DNA of 64,000 nt, taken from the NCBI GenBank assembly GCA_963784015.1, contig CAWAPX010000023.1, positions 190,229 through 254,228 of the forward strand, given 5' to 3'. The notes under the pieces are model-generated. The model had not been told where the DNA came from. It saw nothing but the letters and a program-made list of their open reading frames with translations, and searched no databases. The DNA comes from an uncultured Acidobacteriota bacterium (lineage in GTDB: Bacteria; Acidobacteriota; Terriglobia; Acidiferrales; UBA7541). The position numbers and the translations under genes are program-made. Below, piece after piece: positions 26,488-34,462 of this stretch (position 1 is its first letter; every line of letters begins with the position of its first letter).

Positions 26488-27979
26488 TTAGAACTTGCGG
26501 GTTTCCTGGCGCGACCAGCGCTCGACTACGATTTTGGATTCGGTGTAGAACTCGACGGCGTCGCGGCCCTGGCCGTGAAGGATGCCGAAGAAACTTTCTT
26601 TCCAGCCGCTGAAGGGAAAATACGCCATGGGCGCGGCGACGCCGATGTTGATGCCGATATTTCCAGCGGGAGCTTCGTAGCGGAATCGCCGCGCCGCGCC
26701 GCCGTTGGTCGTAAACAGAGAAGCTTGATTCCCATAGGGGCTGCGCCGGAGGAAATCCATCGCTTCATCCATGGAATCGGCGTGGACAGGCTGAGTACAG
26801 GGCCAAAATTTCAGTGTTGGCAAGCTGGCTTGTCGATGGAAGTCCGTCAAGAACTGTAGGAGTAAGGAAGCTACCGGTTTCGTGATTCGCGATCTTCGCG
26901 TTGCGGCCATCGAGAATGGCTTTCGCGCCTTCTGCTTCACCGGCGGCAATTAAAGATTCAATGCGCTTTTTGCTGTCCCCGGAAATTACGGGGCCCATTT
27001 GAACACCAGGCTCGAGCCCGTAGCCGACCTTGAGAGTTGACGCAGAGTGAGCGATAGAATCGCGAAACGATTTTTGCGCGTCGCCAATGGTGACGGCTAC
27101 AGATACGGCAAGGCAGCGTTGTCCAGCGCAGCCGAAAGCGCTGTCGCTGATGATTTGCGTGGCGAGTTCCATGTCGGCATCGGGAAGAACGATGACGTGA
27201 TTTTTTGCGCCGCCCTGGCATTGCATCCGCTTGCCGCTGGCCGCTGAGCGCATATAGACGTGCTTGGCAACGGGGGTGGAACCGACGAAACTGATCGCGC
27301 GAACTTGCGGGTGATCGCAAAGCGCGTTGACCACATCCTTGCCGCCATTGACAAGATTGACGACGCCCTTGGGCAAACCTGTTTTTTCAAGAAGTTCGAA
27401 CGCGCGGATCATGCTGAGCGGGACACGCTCGGAAGGCTTCAGCACAAACGTGTTGCCGCAAGCGATGGCGTAAGGCAGGAACCAGTAAGAGATCATCGCC
27501 GGAAAATTGAAGGGAACAATGGCAGCGACGACTCCCAGCGGCTGGCGGATTTGCATTTCGTCGACGCCCGGCGTGACGTCTTCCAGGTTGTAGCCCTGCA
27601 TCATCATGGGAATGCCGCAGGCCACTTCGACATTTTCGATACCTCGACGCAATTCCGCTTTCGCTTCGCCGAAGGTCTTGCCGTTTTCGAGAGTGATGAG
27701 GCGCGAGAGTTCGTCGATGTGCTCTTCAAGTAGATTCTTCAGCTTGAAGAGATATTGCACGCGCTCGCCCGGCGGAGTGCGTCGCCACGCAGGAAACGCG
27801 TCGGCGGCAGCCTGCACGGCCGCATCAACATCAGCAGGCGAAGACATCGGCGTACGCGCCAGAAGTTCGGTGGTCGCAGGATTAGTGACGTCGAAGAATT
27901 CGGTAGATGACGGACGGCGCCATGCGCCGTTGATGTAGTTCTGCAGTTCGGTGACTTGGGTGGTTACGGCACTGCTCAT
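26488..27979 (-). pseudogene. mmsA: Methylmalonate-semialdehyde dehydrogenase (CoA-acylating), disrupted by two 1-nt deletions
   Basis: ORF 26765..27979 is an ALDH with the catalytic region [10 protein letters not shown] and ends ...[21 protein letters not shown] 26488..26949 carries the ALDH C-terminus ([13 protein letters not shown]...GINIGVAAPMAYFPFSGWKESFFG..HGQGRDAVEFYTESKIVVERW). The conserved FGPVLSL segment is readable only in the third frame, between about 26809 and 26787. Confidence 0.75.
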
Positions 27980-28001
27980 GACTAACTCCTTGCGGCCAAG
28001 C

Positions 28002-28376
28002 TCAGGAATTCTGCTTGTTAGGCGGCTTCAACAATCGAATTTTACGCTCCGAAGCGACAACAAAACAACCCGCCCAGTCGTCCACATATTCGGTTTGAAA
28101 GATCTCCTCAACTCTCGCCAACAAGCTCTTTCGATCTGCTGAGCGTAATCGAAGCAGAAGAATGCCGTCGTGCGATCCGAGAGAGAAATGTCTTAAATCA
28201 GAGAAGTCAAGATCCTGAGTGACTAGGAATCTCGATTCTTGTTGCGCTGCTTCCCAAACTTCGACATCTGGTCGGCCGGTAAGATTTTCTTTGTGGACGG
28301 TGTCAACTTCGTGACCGAGTCTTTCCAGAGGGATCACCAAACCCGAAGGAAGATTTTCGTCCAGCTTGATTTTCAT
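28002..28376 (-). CDS. DUF5615 family PIN-like protein (putative toxin)
   Basis: 124 aa. [60 protein letters not shown]. It overlaps the upstream DUF433 gene by 4 nt. Confidence 0.75.
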   Translation of the reverse strand: MKIKLDENLPSGLVIPLERLGHEVDTVHKENLTGRPDVEVWEAAQQESRFLVTQDLDFSDLRHFSLGSHDGILLLRLRSADRKSLLARVEEIFQTEYVDDWAGCFVVASERKIRLLKPPNKQNS

Positions 28377-28636
28377 CGAACACGCGGAACTTCAGGGACT
28401 GGCAGATCTTCCTCCGCGGACGCTGCAGCAAACGCGATGGCCGCTTGGATGTCTTCCGGCGTCAGGCTCGGAAAATCGGCGAGGATATCCGAGGCGTTAT
28501 CTCCTGTAGCTAAACTGGCTAGTACGGTCCGGAGCGTAACACGTGTACCTTTGAAAACGGGATCGCCTCCACAAATTTTGCGATCTCGAACAATTCGCTC
28601 TTCGTAGAATCTCTTGTTTCCCCGTTGGTCGCCCAT
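28373..28636 (-). CDS. DUF433 domain-containing protein (putative antitoxin)
   Basis: 87 aa. ICGGDPVFKGTRVTLRTVLASLATGDNASDILADFPSLTPEDIQAAIAFAA is the DUF433 pattern. GGGAGG lies upstream of the ATG. Confidence 0.8.
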   Translation of the reverse strand: MGDQRGNKRFYEERIVRDRKICGGDPVFKGTRVTLRTVLASLATGDNASDILADFPSLTPEDIQAAIAFAAASAEEDLPVPEVPRVR

Positions 28637-28696
28637 GGCGCCTCCCGGCCCTTCACGGTTGATGATATCACGCTGACCAGAGCGCCGATTCTTCTG

Positions 28697-29128
28697 TTAC
28701 GTGGAAGCCGACGGCCGTGAGGCGATCGCTTCGGCAAATGCGGAGAGAACCCACGCCCAACCATCCTTGTGACGCCGCCCCATCTCATCGTCCGGCACGT
28801 TTGAGTGGCGGAGTGTAACTTCCGTCTCATCTCCTCGCGCTTCCATCGACACGCTCACGATGGACTCGACGCCTTTGGTGGCTTCTGACACCCACGTGTA
28901 CTCCACCACGCGAGGCCGCTCAATTTTGAGAAAGCGCCCATAGTGAGGCCAAGCCCGGCCTTCATGCTTCACGCAAAAATAGAAGAGTCCGTCGACCACG
29001 GGATTCACGATCGCGCGCTCTCCCCCAAACCAAGGTCCGCCCGGACTCTTCGGATCCATCCAGACGTCGAAGATTTTTTCGGGTGACGCGGCAATCGTCC
29101 GCGAAACGGTGACCTCGGTAAGATTCAT
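28697..29128 (-). CDS. SRPBCC family protein (Aha1/AHSA1-like)
   Basis: 143 aa. TVSRTIAASPEKIFDVWMDPKSPGGPWFG... is a typical AHSA1-domain start. It overlaps the ArsR gene by 4 nt, and this pairing is common. Confidence 0.8.
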   Translation of the reverse strand: MNLTEVTVSRTIAASPEKIFDVWMDPKSPGGPWFGGERAIVNPVVDGLFYFCVKHEGRAWPHYGRFLKIERPRVVEYTWVSEATKGVESIVSVSMEARGDETEVTLRHSNVPDDEMGRRHKDGWAWVLSAFAEAIASRPSAST

Positions 29129-29469
29129 CGCGATTTCTCCTTGCGTAGGGCAAAAAACTCCTGCAATCGGTCAAGCCGGACATTCCAAAACTGCTCGTAT
29201 TTCAGAGCCCACCGCGCGACATCGCGCAGCGGTTCAGGACGTAACTCAAGAGTGTTTTCGCGGCCACGGCGAGTGCGCCGGACAAGCCCAGCTCGTTCAA
29301 GCACTCGCACGTGCTTGCAAAACCCCGTGAGCGTCATCGAAAACGGCTCGGCAACATCCGAAATGCGCGCCGAACCGCGAGCGAGCCGCTCGATGATCGC
29401 GCGCCGTGTCGGATCGGAAATGGCTGCGGCGACGAGATTGATGTTGCTGGCCTTAGAATACTGAACCAT
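29125..29469 (-). CDS. ArsR/SmtB family transcriptional regulator
   Basis: 114 aa with a winged HTH: AAISDPTRRAIIERLARGSARISDVAEPFSMTLTGFCKHVRVLERAGLVRRTRRGRE. Confidence 0.85.
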   Translation of the reverse strand: MVQYSKASNINLVAAAISDPTRRAIIERLARGSARISDVAEPFSMTLTGFCKHVRVLERAGLVRRTRRGRENTLELRPEPLRDVARWALKYEQFWNVRLDRLQEFFALRKEKSR

Positions 29470-29478
29470 ATGGTTCAG
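29461..29478. promoter_or_regulatory. 18-bp perfect palindrome CTGAACCATATGGTTCAG centred on the arsR-family start codon
   Basis: A perfect dyad. The ArsR ATG (29469-29467, minus strand) begins exactly at the dyad centre. I read it as a candidate autoregulatory operator. Confidence 0.5.
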
Positions 29479-29541
29479 TATATTTGCGCCGCGTTACCGT
29501 GTCAATAGGCGCTGCGTGCGTCCTGCGACTGGAAATCTGGC

Positions 29542-30525
29542 TTAGCGTGGGAGTGAAGCGAGGGCCTCATAAGCTGCGCCAAGCAGCGGCGCGGATTCAT
29601 TAAGCACGACGGAGACGGGGATATTGCTCAGCATACTTTCGAATTTCCATTTATCGCGGAAAGCTTCAAAGAAGGCGCCGTCCTTTATTTTTTCTATGAT
29701 TTTGACGGCGATGCCGCCAGCGACGTAGACGCCGCCTAACGCTAGAACTTTGAGAGCGAGATTTCCTGCTTCCGCGCCATAGATCTCAGTCCATAGATCG
29801 AGCGTGTCGACGCAAACGGGGCACTCTTTAGCCAGCCCGAGTTTAGTGATTTCGGGCGCTGGATCCGCGCCAGGGTCCTCAAACGAAGGATGGATTACGC
29901 TGGGATTCAGGAACTCATGGATGGTTCGGAAACCGCGCCCGCTCAGGATCAGCTCCCAGCTCACTTGAGGATAGCGGCGGCGCATGTAGCGGAGGAGCTC
30001 GATCTGCTGTTCGGTATGAGGAGCAAAATCGGAATGACCGCCTTCCGAGGGCACAACGCGATACCGTGCGCCATCCCAAACAAGAATGGATTGGCCCAAG
30101 CCGGTGCCAGCAGCCAGCAGAGCGCGTGTTCCACCGTGCTCGGGCGTGCCAGCGTTGAGGACGCAATATTCCTCGGGGCATAGATGCTCGATGCTGTGAC
30201 CCGTCGCACCCAAATCATTCATCAGAACGACGTCCGAAAGCTTTAGTTCGCTCGCAAGCACCGCGGCGTCCACGGTCCACGGAAGATTCGTGGCGCGCAC
30301 GCGATTGTCGATGACCGGGCCAGCGACTCCAAAACCTGCCGCTCGCACTCGTTCCTTGGCAAGATGTGGCGCTGCTTGCAACGAAAATTCGCGGACGATC
30401 AAATCAAATTGCGCAAAGTCTTTGCTCGCGAAGCGCTGCTTAAAAACGGACGTGAGTTTCCCGCCGTTTTCAGAGAAGAGCGCAAGGTTGCATTTCGTGC
30501 CGCCAACGTCGCCCGCAAGAATCAC
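29542..30525 (-). CDS. glk: Glucokinase
   Basis: 327 aa. MILAGDVGGTKCNLALF is the ATP-binding N-terminus. The Glk-type body includes ALLAAGTGLGQS and GGVYVAGGIA. It lies downstream of zwf. Confidence 0.85.
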   Translation of the reverse strand: MILAGDVGGTKCNLALFSENGGKLTSVFKQRFASKDFAQFDLIVREFSLQAAPHLAKERVRAAGFGVAGPVIDNRVRATNLPWTVDAAVLASELKLSDVVLMNDLGATGHSIEHLCPEEYCVLNAGTPEHGGTRALLAAGTGLGQSILVWDGARYRVVPSEGGHSDFAPHTEQQIELLRYMRRRYPQVSWELILSGRGFRTIHEFLNPSVIHPSFEDPGADPAPEITKLGLAKECPVCVDTLDLWTEIYGAEAGNLALKVLALGGVYVAGGIAVKIIEKIKDGAFFEAFRDKWKFESMLSNIPVSVVLNESAPLLGAAYEALASLPR

Positions 30526-30574
30526 CCATTCCCCCTGTTATGCTGTTGTTCGATATCGTTGGCGACGCTCGAAA

Positions 30575-32098
30575 TCATGGATTGATCCATTTTTTCCGGT
30601 CGCGTTCGAGCAGAAGATCGGATTCGGGCGGGCCCCAGCTTCCCGCGGCGTACTCGGGCACTTTGGCGCTTTTCGCTGCGCTCCAAACGTCGAGTATAGG
30701 ATCCACCAGTGCCCAGGCGGCTTCGACATTATCCCCGCGATCGAACAGCGTGGCATCGCCCCGCAGACAGTCGTTGACGAGTGTGGCGTACGCGCTTCGT
30801 GATGCTTCGCCAAAACCATCCTTATAATTGAAACTCATATCGACGTTTCCGATGCGCATTTCAGTTCCGGGACGCTTGGCGCCGAATGAAACCGAGATGC
30901 CTTCTTCGGGCTGGATATTCAGAATAAGGCGGTTCGGCTCGATTTCGCGATCCCGGAAGACGATGTGAGGAGCGCAGCGGAACTGGATCATGATTTCCGT
31001 GCTGCGTTTGGCGAGGCGCTTTCCCGTGCGCAAATAAAAGGGGACGCCAGCCCAGCGCCAATTGTCGATCAACAAGCGGGCGGAGACAAAAGTTTCGGTG
31101 CGAGAGGTTTGGCTTACTCCTGGTTCCTCCCGATAGCCGGCGACATGCTTGCCCTCGATTTGGCCCGGCGCGTATTGCCCACGCACCACGGATTGCGCGA
31201 CCATCTCGAGATTAAACGGGCGTATGGATTGCAGGACTTTGAGCTTTTCGTTTTGGACGGAGGTAGCATCAAAGGAGGCCGGTGGCTCAACGGCGACCAG
31301 TGAAGTGAGCTGCAACACGTGGCTTTGGATCATGTCGCGAAGCGCGCCTGTGGTTTCATAGAACCCGCCGCGGCGCTCGACACCAAGCGTTTCCGCCGCG
31401 GTGATTTGGACGAGATCCACGTAGTTGCGGTTCCACAAGGGCTCGAAGATGCCGTTGCTGAAACGCAGAACAAGCAAATTCTGGACGGTATCTTTACCAA
31501 GGTAGTGATCGATACGGTAGACCTGTTTTTCCTCGAACACGTTGAGAACGGTCTTGTTGAGTTCCTTTGCCGTGGCAAGATCGCGGCCAAAGGGCTTCTC
31601 AATAATGATACGCACCCAGGAGTTTGGCGAAGAAGGGCGCGCCAGTCCGGCACGGCCAAGCTGCTCGACAATGTGGGGATAGACTTCCGGCGGCGTGGAA
31701 AGGTAGAAGAGGCGGTTGCCGCCTAATTTTTTTTCCGCTTCGAGTTCGGTAAGGCGTTTGATCAGCTGCTCATAGGCCTTAGGGTCGGAGTAATCGCCGG
31801 AACTGTAATACAGAGAAGTGGCAAAGTCCGCCCATTGTTTCGGGTCAACCGGCCCGATCTCGGACATCGTCTTCGCCGCTTCGCCGGCGGCGTTGCGAAA
31901 ATCCTCATCGCTCATCGGAGTACGCGCGAAACCCACGATCACGTAGCGGGAGCCGAGTGAATTGTGATTAGCTAGGTCGAACATCGCTGGAATAACTTTG
32001 CGCTTGGCCAAATCGCCCGATGCTCCAAACAGCACGACCGCGCAAGGTTCAGCTATTCCGCCGTAGAGACTTCCAGATCGATTAGTTTCCTCAGCCAT
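30575..32098 (-). CDS. zwf: Glucose-6-phosphate dehydrogenase
   Basis: 507 aa. It carries GASGDLAKRK (NADP site), the active-site RIDHYLGK and EKPFG. Confidence 0.95.
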   Translation of the reverse strand: MAEETNRSGSLYGGIAEPCAVVLFGASGDLAKRKVIPAMFDLANHNSLGSRYVIVGFARTPMSDEDFRNAAGEAAKTMSEIGPVDPKQWADFATSLYYSSGDYSDPKAYEQLIKRLTELEAEKKLGGNRLFYLSTPPEVYPHIVEQLGRAGLARPSSPNSWVRIIIEKPFGRDLATAKELNKTVLNVFEEKQVYRIDHYLGKDTVQNLLVLRFSNGIFEPLWNRNYVDLVQITAAETLGVERRGGFYETTGALRDMIQSHVLQLTSLVAVEPPASFDATSVQNEKLKVLQSIRPFNLEMVAQSVVRGQYAPGQIEGKHVAGYREEPGVSQTSRTETFVSARLLIDNWRWAGVPFYLRTGKRLAKRSTEIMIQFRCAPHIVFRDREIEPNRLILNIQPEEGISVSFGAKRPGTEMRIGNVDMSFNYKDGFGEASRSAYATLVNDCLRGDATLFDRGDNVEAAWALVDPILDVWSAAKSAKVPEYAAGSWGPPESDLLLERDRKKWINP

Positions 32099-32152
32099 AG
32101 GCCCTCTCAGCTTGTCGACGCCATTGTCGCGCCTGAAAATGCGCGCACGAAA

Positions 32153-32764
32153 CTATACCTCAACGCCGTGTTTTCGCAGCTCGGCGCGTAATTGCTCGGC
32201 ATTTTGGTGATGGATAACGTTAAATCCCAAACGGCGCGGACTATCAAGATTGAGCAGCCGGTCGTCAATGAAAATACATTGCTCCGGCGGGCGTTGCGTG
32301 ACTTCAAGAGCGATCCGGAAAATAGTCTCTTCCGGCTTGCGCGAACGGACGTAGCAGGAACTAAAAAAGACGAGAAAATCCCGCCTCAAATTAAACGCTT
32401 CGATGCGGTACTGGTTCAGCTCGAAAGGTTCGTTATTAATGGAGCCGATGAAATATTTGCCGCTCCGCGCGGCATCTGCGAGAACCGCCCGAGTGTCAGA
32501 ATATTCTTTGGATTGCGCGAACATAAAGCCAGTGAACTCTTCACGGGTGAACGAACGCTGGCGATAAAAGAGGGTTCGGTCGAGATACTCGTTCAGCGTG
32601 ATCTGGCCGGAATCAAAAGCGGGAAAGGAGAGATCGTGGCGATCCTGAAATTCTTCGTAGTCGAAGTTGAAAGCAGTCGCGGCCTCGCGGCGCGAACCAC
32701 GGTCCCAGCCGTTGGTGAGGATGACACCGCCGATGTCCCAGAAGAGCGTGGTAATCGCAGCCAA
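32153..32764 (-). CDS. HAD family hydrolase
   Basis: 203 aa with HAD motif I (LFWDIGGVIL) and a late motif (CIFIDDRLLN). It lies 54 nt upstream of zwf on the same strand. Confidence 0.75.
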   Translation of the reverse strand: MAAITTLFWDIGGVILTNGWDRGSRREAATAFNFDYEEFQDRHDLSFPAFDSGQITLNEYLDRTLFYRQRSFTREEFTGFMFAQSKEYSDTRAVLADAARSGKYFIGSINNEPFELNQYRIEAFNLRRDFLVFFSSCYVRSRKPEETIFRIALEVTQRPPEQCIFIDDRLLNLDSPRRLGFNVIHHQNAEQLRAELRKHGVEV

Positions 32765-32971
32765 ATGCGCGGCACCTCGGGCCGGGCAGCCAAGGCAACC
32801 ATGATAAACGTTTCGAGGTAAGAAAACACGTTAATGGCGTAATTCAAACGGTTCAACATTGGGGATGACAAGATAAACCTGCTTCGTTTAAACATCGATT
32901 GACCGGAAAAAGAACGCCCCGCCGAGGACTTTCACCCCAGCGAGGCAGCAGAGAACTAATACAAAATTCTA

Positions 32972-33865
32972 TCAGTTCGAGTTTGGCTTCGTACTTGGGC
33001 TGGGCGTCGGCTTGGGAGTCTGTATGTCCGCCTTAGGTTGGATAGACTCCAGTTCGACTTCGAAGACGAGAGTCGCGTTGGGACCGATCCCACCACCGGG
33101 ACCACCGCGCGCGCCATAGGCAAGATCGGCTGGAACAAATAGTTCCCACTTTGAGCCGACGGGCATAAGCTGCAGCGCCTCTGTCCAACCTTTGATCACG
33201 CCGCTGACCGGAAATGTCGCAGGCTGGCCGCGCTTATAAGAGCTATCGAACTCCGTGTTGTCGAGCAACGTGCCTTTGTAGTTGCAGACGACGGTGTCGG
33301 TGGTTGTAGGCTTGGGACCGGTGCCTTCTTTCAGAATCTTATATTGCAGGCCACTCGGGAGCGTCACGACGCCGTCTTTCGTTTTGTTTTCCGCGAGAAA
33401 GGCATCGCCTTGCTTTTTGTTGGCCTCTCCCTGGATGAGCATTTTCTCTTCACCCTTTTTGCGCAGGTCCGCCTGCAGTGCGACCATCGCGGTTTTGGCT
33501 TCCTCGTCTGTCAGCAGCGGTTTGGCCCCAGACAACCCATCTTTCATGCCGCGAAGGAGAATGTTGGGGTCAACGTCGACGGAATCCTTGTGCATGCTTT
33601 TGCCGATATTCAAACCGATGGCGTAGCTCGCTTTGTCTTTCTGGGTTTTGAGCGTCAGCACGGTTGGTGTGGTTGGTTTTTTCGCGGCCGTGGTACCTGG
33701 TTTCGCCGCGGGGGTCTTGGGAGCCGTTGTTCCCGGAGTCTGTGAGGAGCTCGCCGGGGGAGTTTGTGGAGCGCTTGACGCGGGAGTCTGCTGTGCTTGC
33801 GCATAGCCAAGGACAAGCACGCCCGCCGCGAATGCTGTTACTGCTAAAGTGAGTGTTTTTCGCAT
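32972..33865 (-). CDS. FKBP-type peptidyl-prolyl isomerase (FkpA/Mip-like), secreted
   Basis: 297 aa. It has a signal peptide, a Pro/Thr/Ala-rich linker, an FKBP_N dimerisation helix and the FKBP domain (VVCNYKGTLLDNTEFDSSY...GVIKGWTEALQLMPVGSKWELFVPADLAYG). Confidence 0.9.
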   Translation of the reverse strand: MRKTLTLAVTAFAAGVLVLGYAQAQQTPASSAPQTPPASSSQTPGTTAPKTPAAKPGTTAAKKPTTPTVLTLKTQKDKASYAIGLNIGKSMHKDSVDVDPNILLRGMKDGLSGAKPLLTDEEAKTAMVALQADLRKKGEEKMLIQGEANKKQGDAFLAENKTKDGVVTLPSGLQYKILKEGTGPKPTTTDTVVCNYKGTLLDNTEFDSSYKRGQPATFPVSGVIKGWTEALQLMPVGSKWELFVPADLAYGARGGPGGGIGPNATLVFEVELESIQPKADIQTPKPTPSPSTKPNSN

Positions 33866-34003
33866 GGATATATTGTCACACTGGTTCGGCGTCTCTGCAA
33901 ACCACGTTTATACGGCTAAAAGTGTAAATGGTTAATGAGCAGCGCGCGAACTCTCTCCAAGTAGCGGCCGCACTAGGCAATTCCGCGAACTTGCAGTATG
34001 TTG

Positions 34004-34018
34004 AGAATTGACAATTCT
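34004..34018. promoter_or_regulatory. 7-1-7 inverted repeat AGAATTG-A-CAATTCT overlapping a TTGACA -35-like hexamer upstream of yggX
   Basis: A perfect 15-bp palindrome that extends to 17 of 19 positions over 34002-34020. TTGACA lies at 34008-34013. The architecture matches Fur-family boxes, but the sequence does not match any consensus I know. Confidence 0.35.
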
Positions 34019-34096
34019 GATGAGGTGATTCAAATGGCGAATGAGTCTTGCGATCCAGTTCCGGCTCCGAGTGAGCCAGCGAAGCCCGGGGCACGC

Positions 34097-34366
34097 ATGG
34101 TGATGTGCGTGAAATTCGGCAAGGAGTTGCCGGGTCTGGACCGCATTCCGTGGACGGGCGAACTTGGAAAGCGCGTTTACGAGAGCGTGTCGAAGGATGC
34201 ATGGAAGCTCTGGATTGAGCATTCCAAAATGATCATGAACGAATACCGGCTGAATCCTATGGATCCCAATTCACAAAAAATTATGGGAGAGCAGTTGGAA
34301 GAGTTTTTCTTTGGCGCCGGCGCAAAACTGCCCGAAGGTTACGTAGCTCCCAAAGCCAAAGGCTAG
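34097..34366 (+). CDS. yggX: Oxidative damage protection protein / Fe(II)-trafficking protein YggX
   Basis: From ATG 34097: MVMCVKFGKELPGLDRIPWTGELGKRVYESVSKDAWKLWIEHSKMIMNEYRLNPMDPNSQKIMGEQLEEFFFG. This is colinear with E. coli YggX (..PGELGKRIYNEISKEAW..). The track start 33998 and ATG 34034 add non-family residues. Confidence 0.8.
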   Translation: MVMCVKFGKELPGLDRIPWTGELGKRVYESVSKDAWKLWIEHSKMIMNEYRLNPMDPNSQKIMGEQLEEFFFGAGAKLPEGYVAPKAKG

Positions 34367-34462
34367 AAGCTTTCGTCTCGACCACACCTCTGTAGGGGCG
34401 GGCCTTGTTTACCCTGAGCTGCGAAGGGACCCGCCCGACGCGCCGACCACCACAAATCCCGG

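Noticed and set aside
32806-32813. AAACGTTT and the other 8-bp palindromes (GTTTAAAC, GGTATACC at 22123-22130, TGATATCA near 28660) as operators.
   Set aside because: Eight-bp palindromes are expected by chance many times in 64 kb. I mention them only in connection with the much stronger 16-bp dyad at 4691-4706.
33998-34366. yggX as a third member of the radical SAM / ATP-grasp cassette.
   Set aside because: It is convergently oriented and separated by a GC-rich inverted repeat (GGGCGGG 34396-34402 / CCCGCCC 34430-34436). It appears to have its own promoter and operator. Adjacency alone is not evidence.
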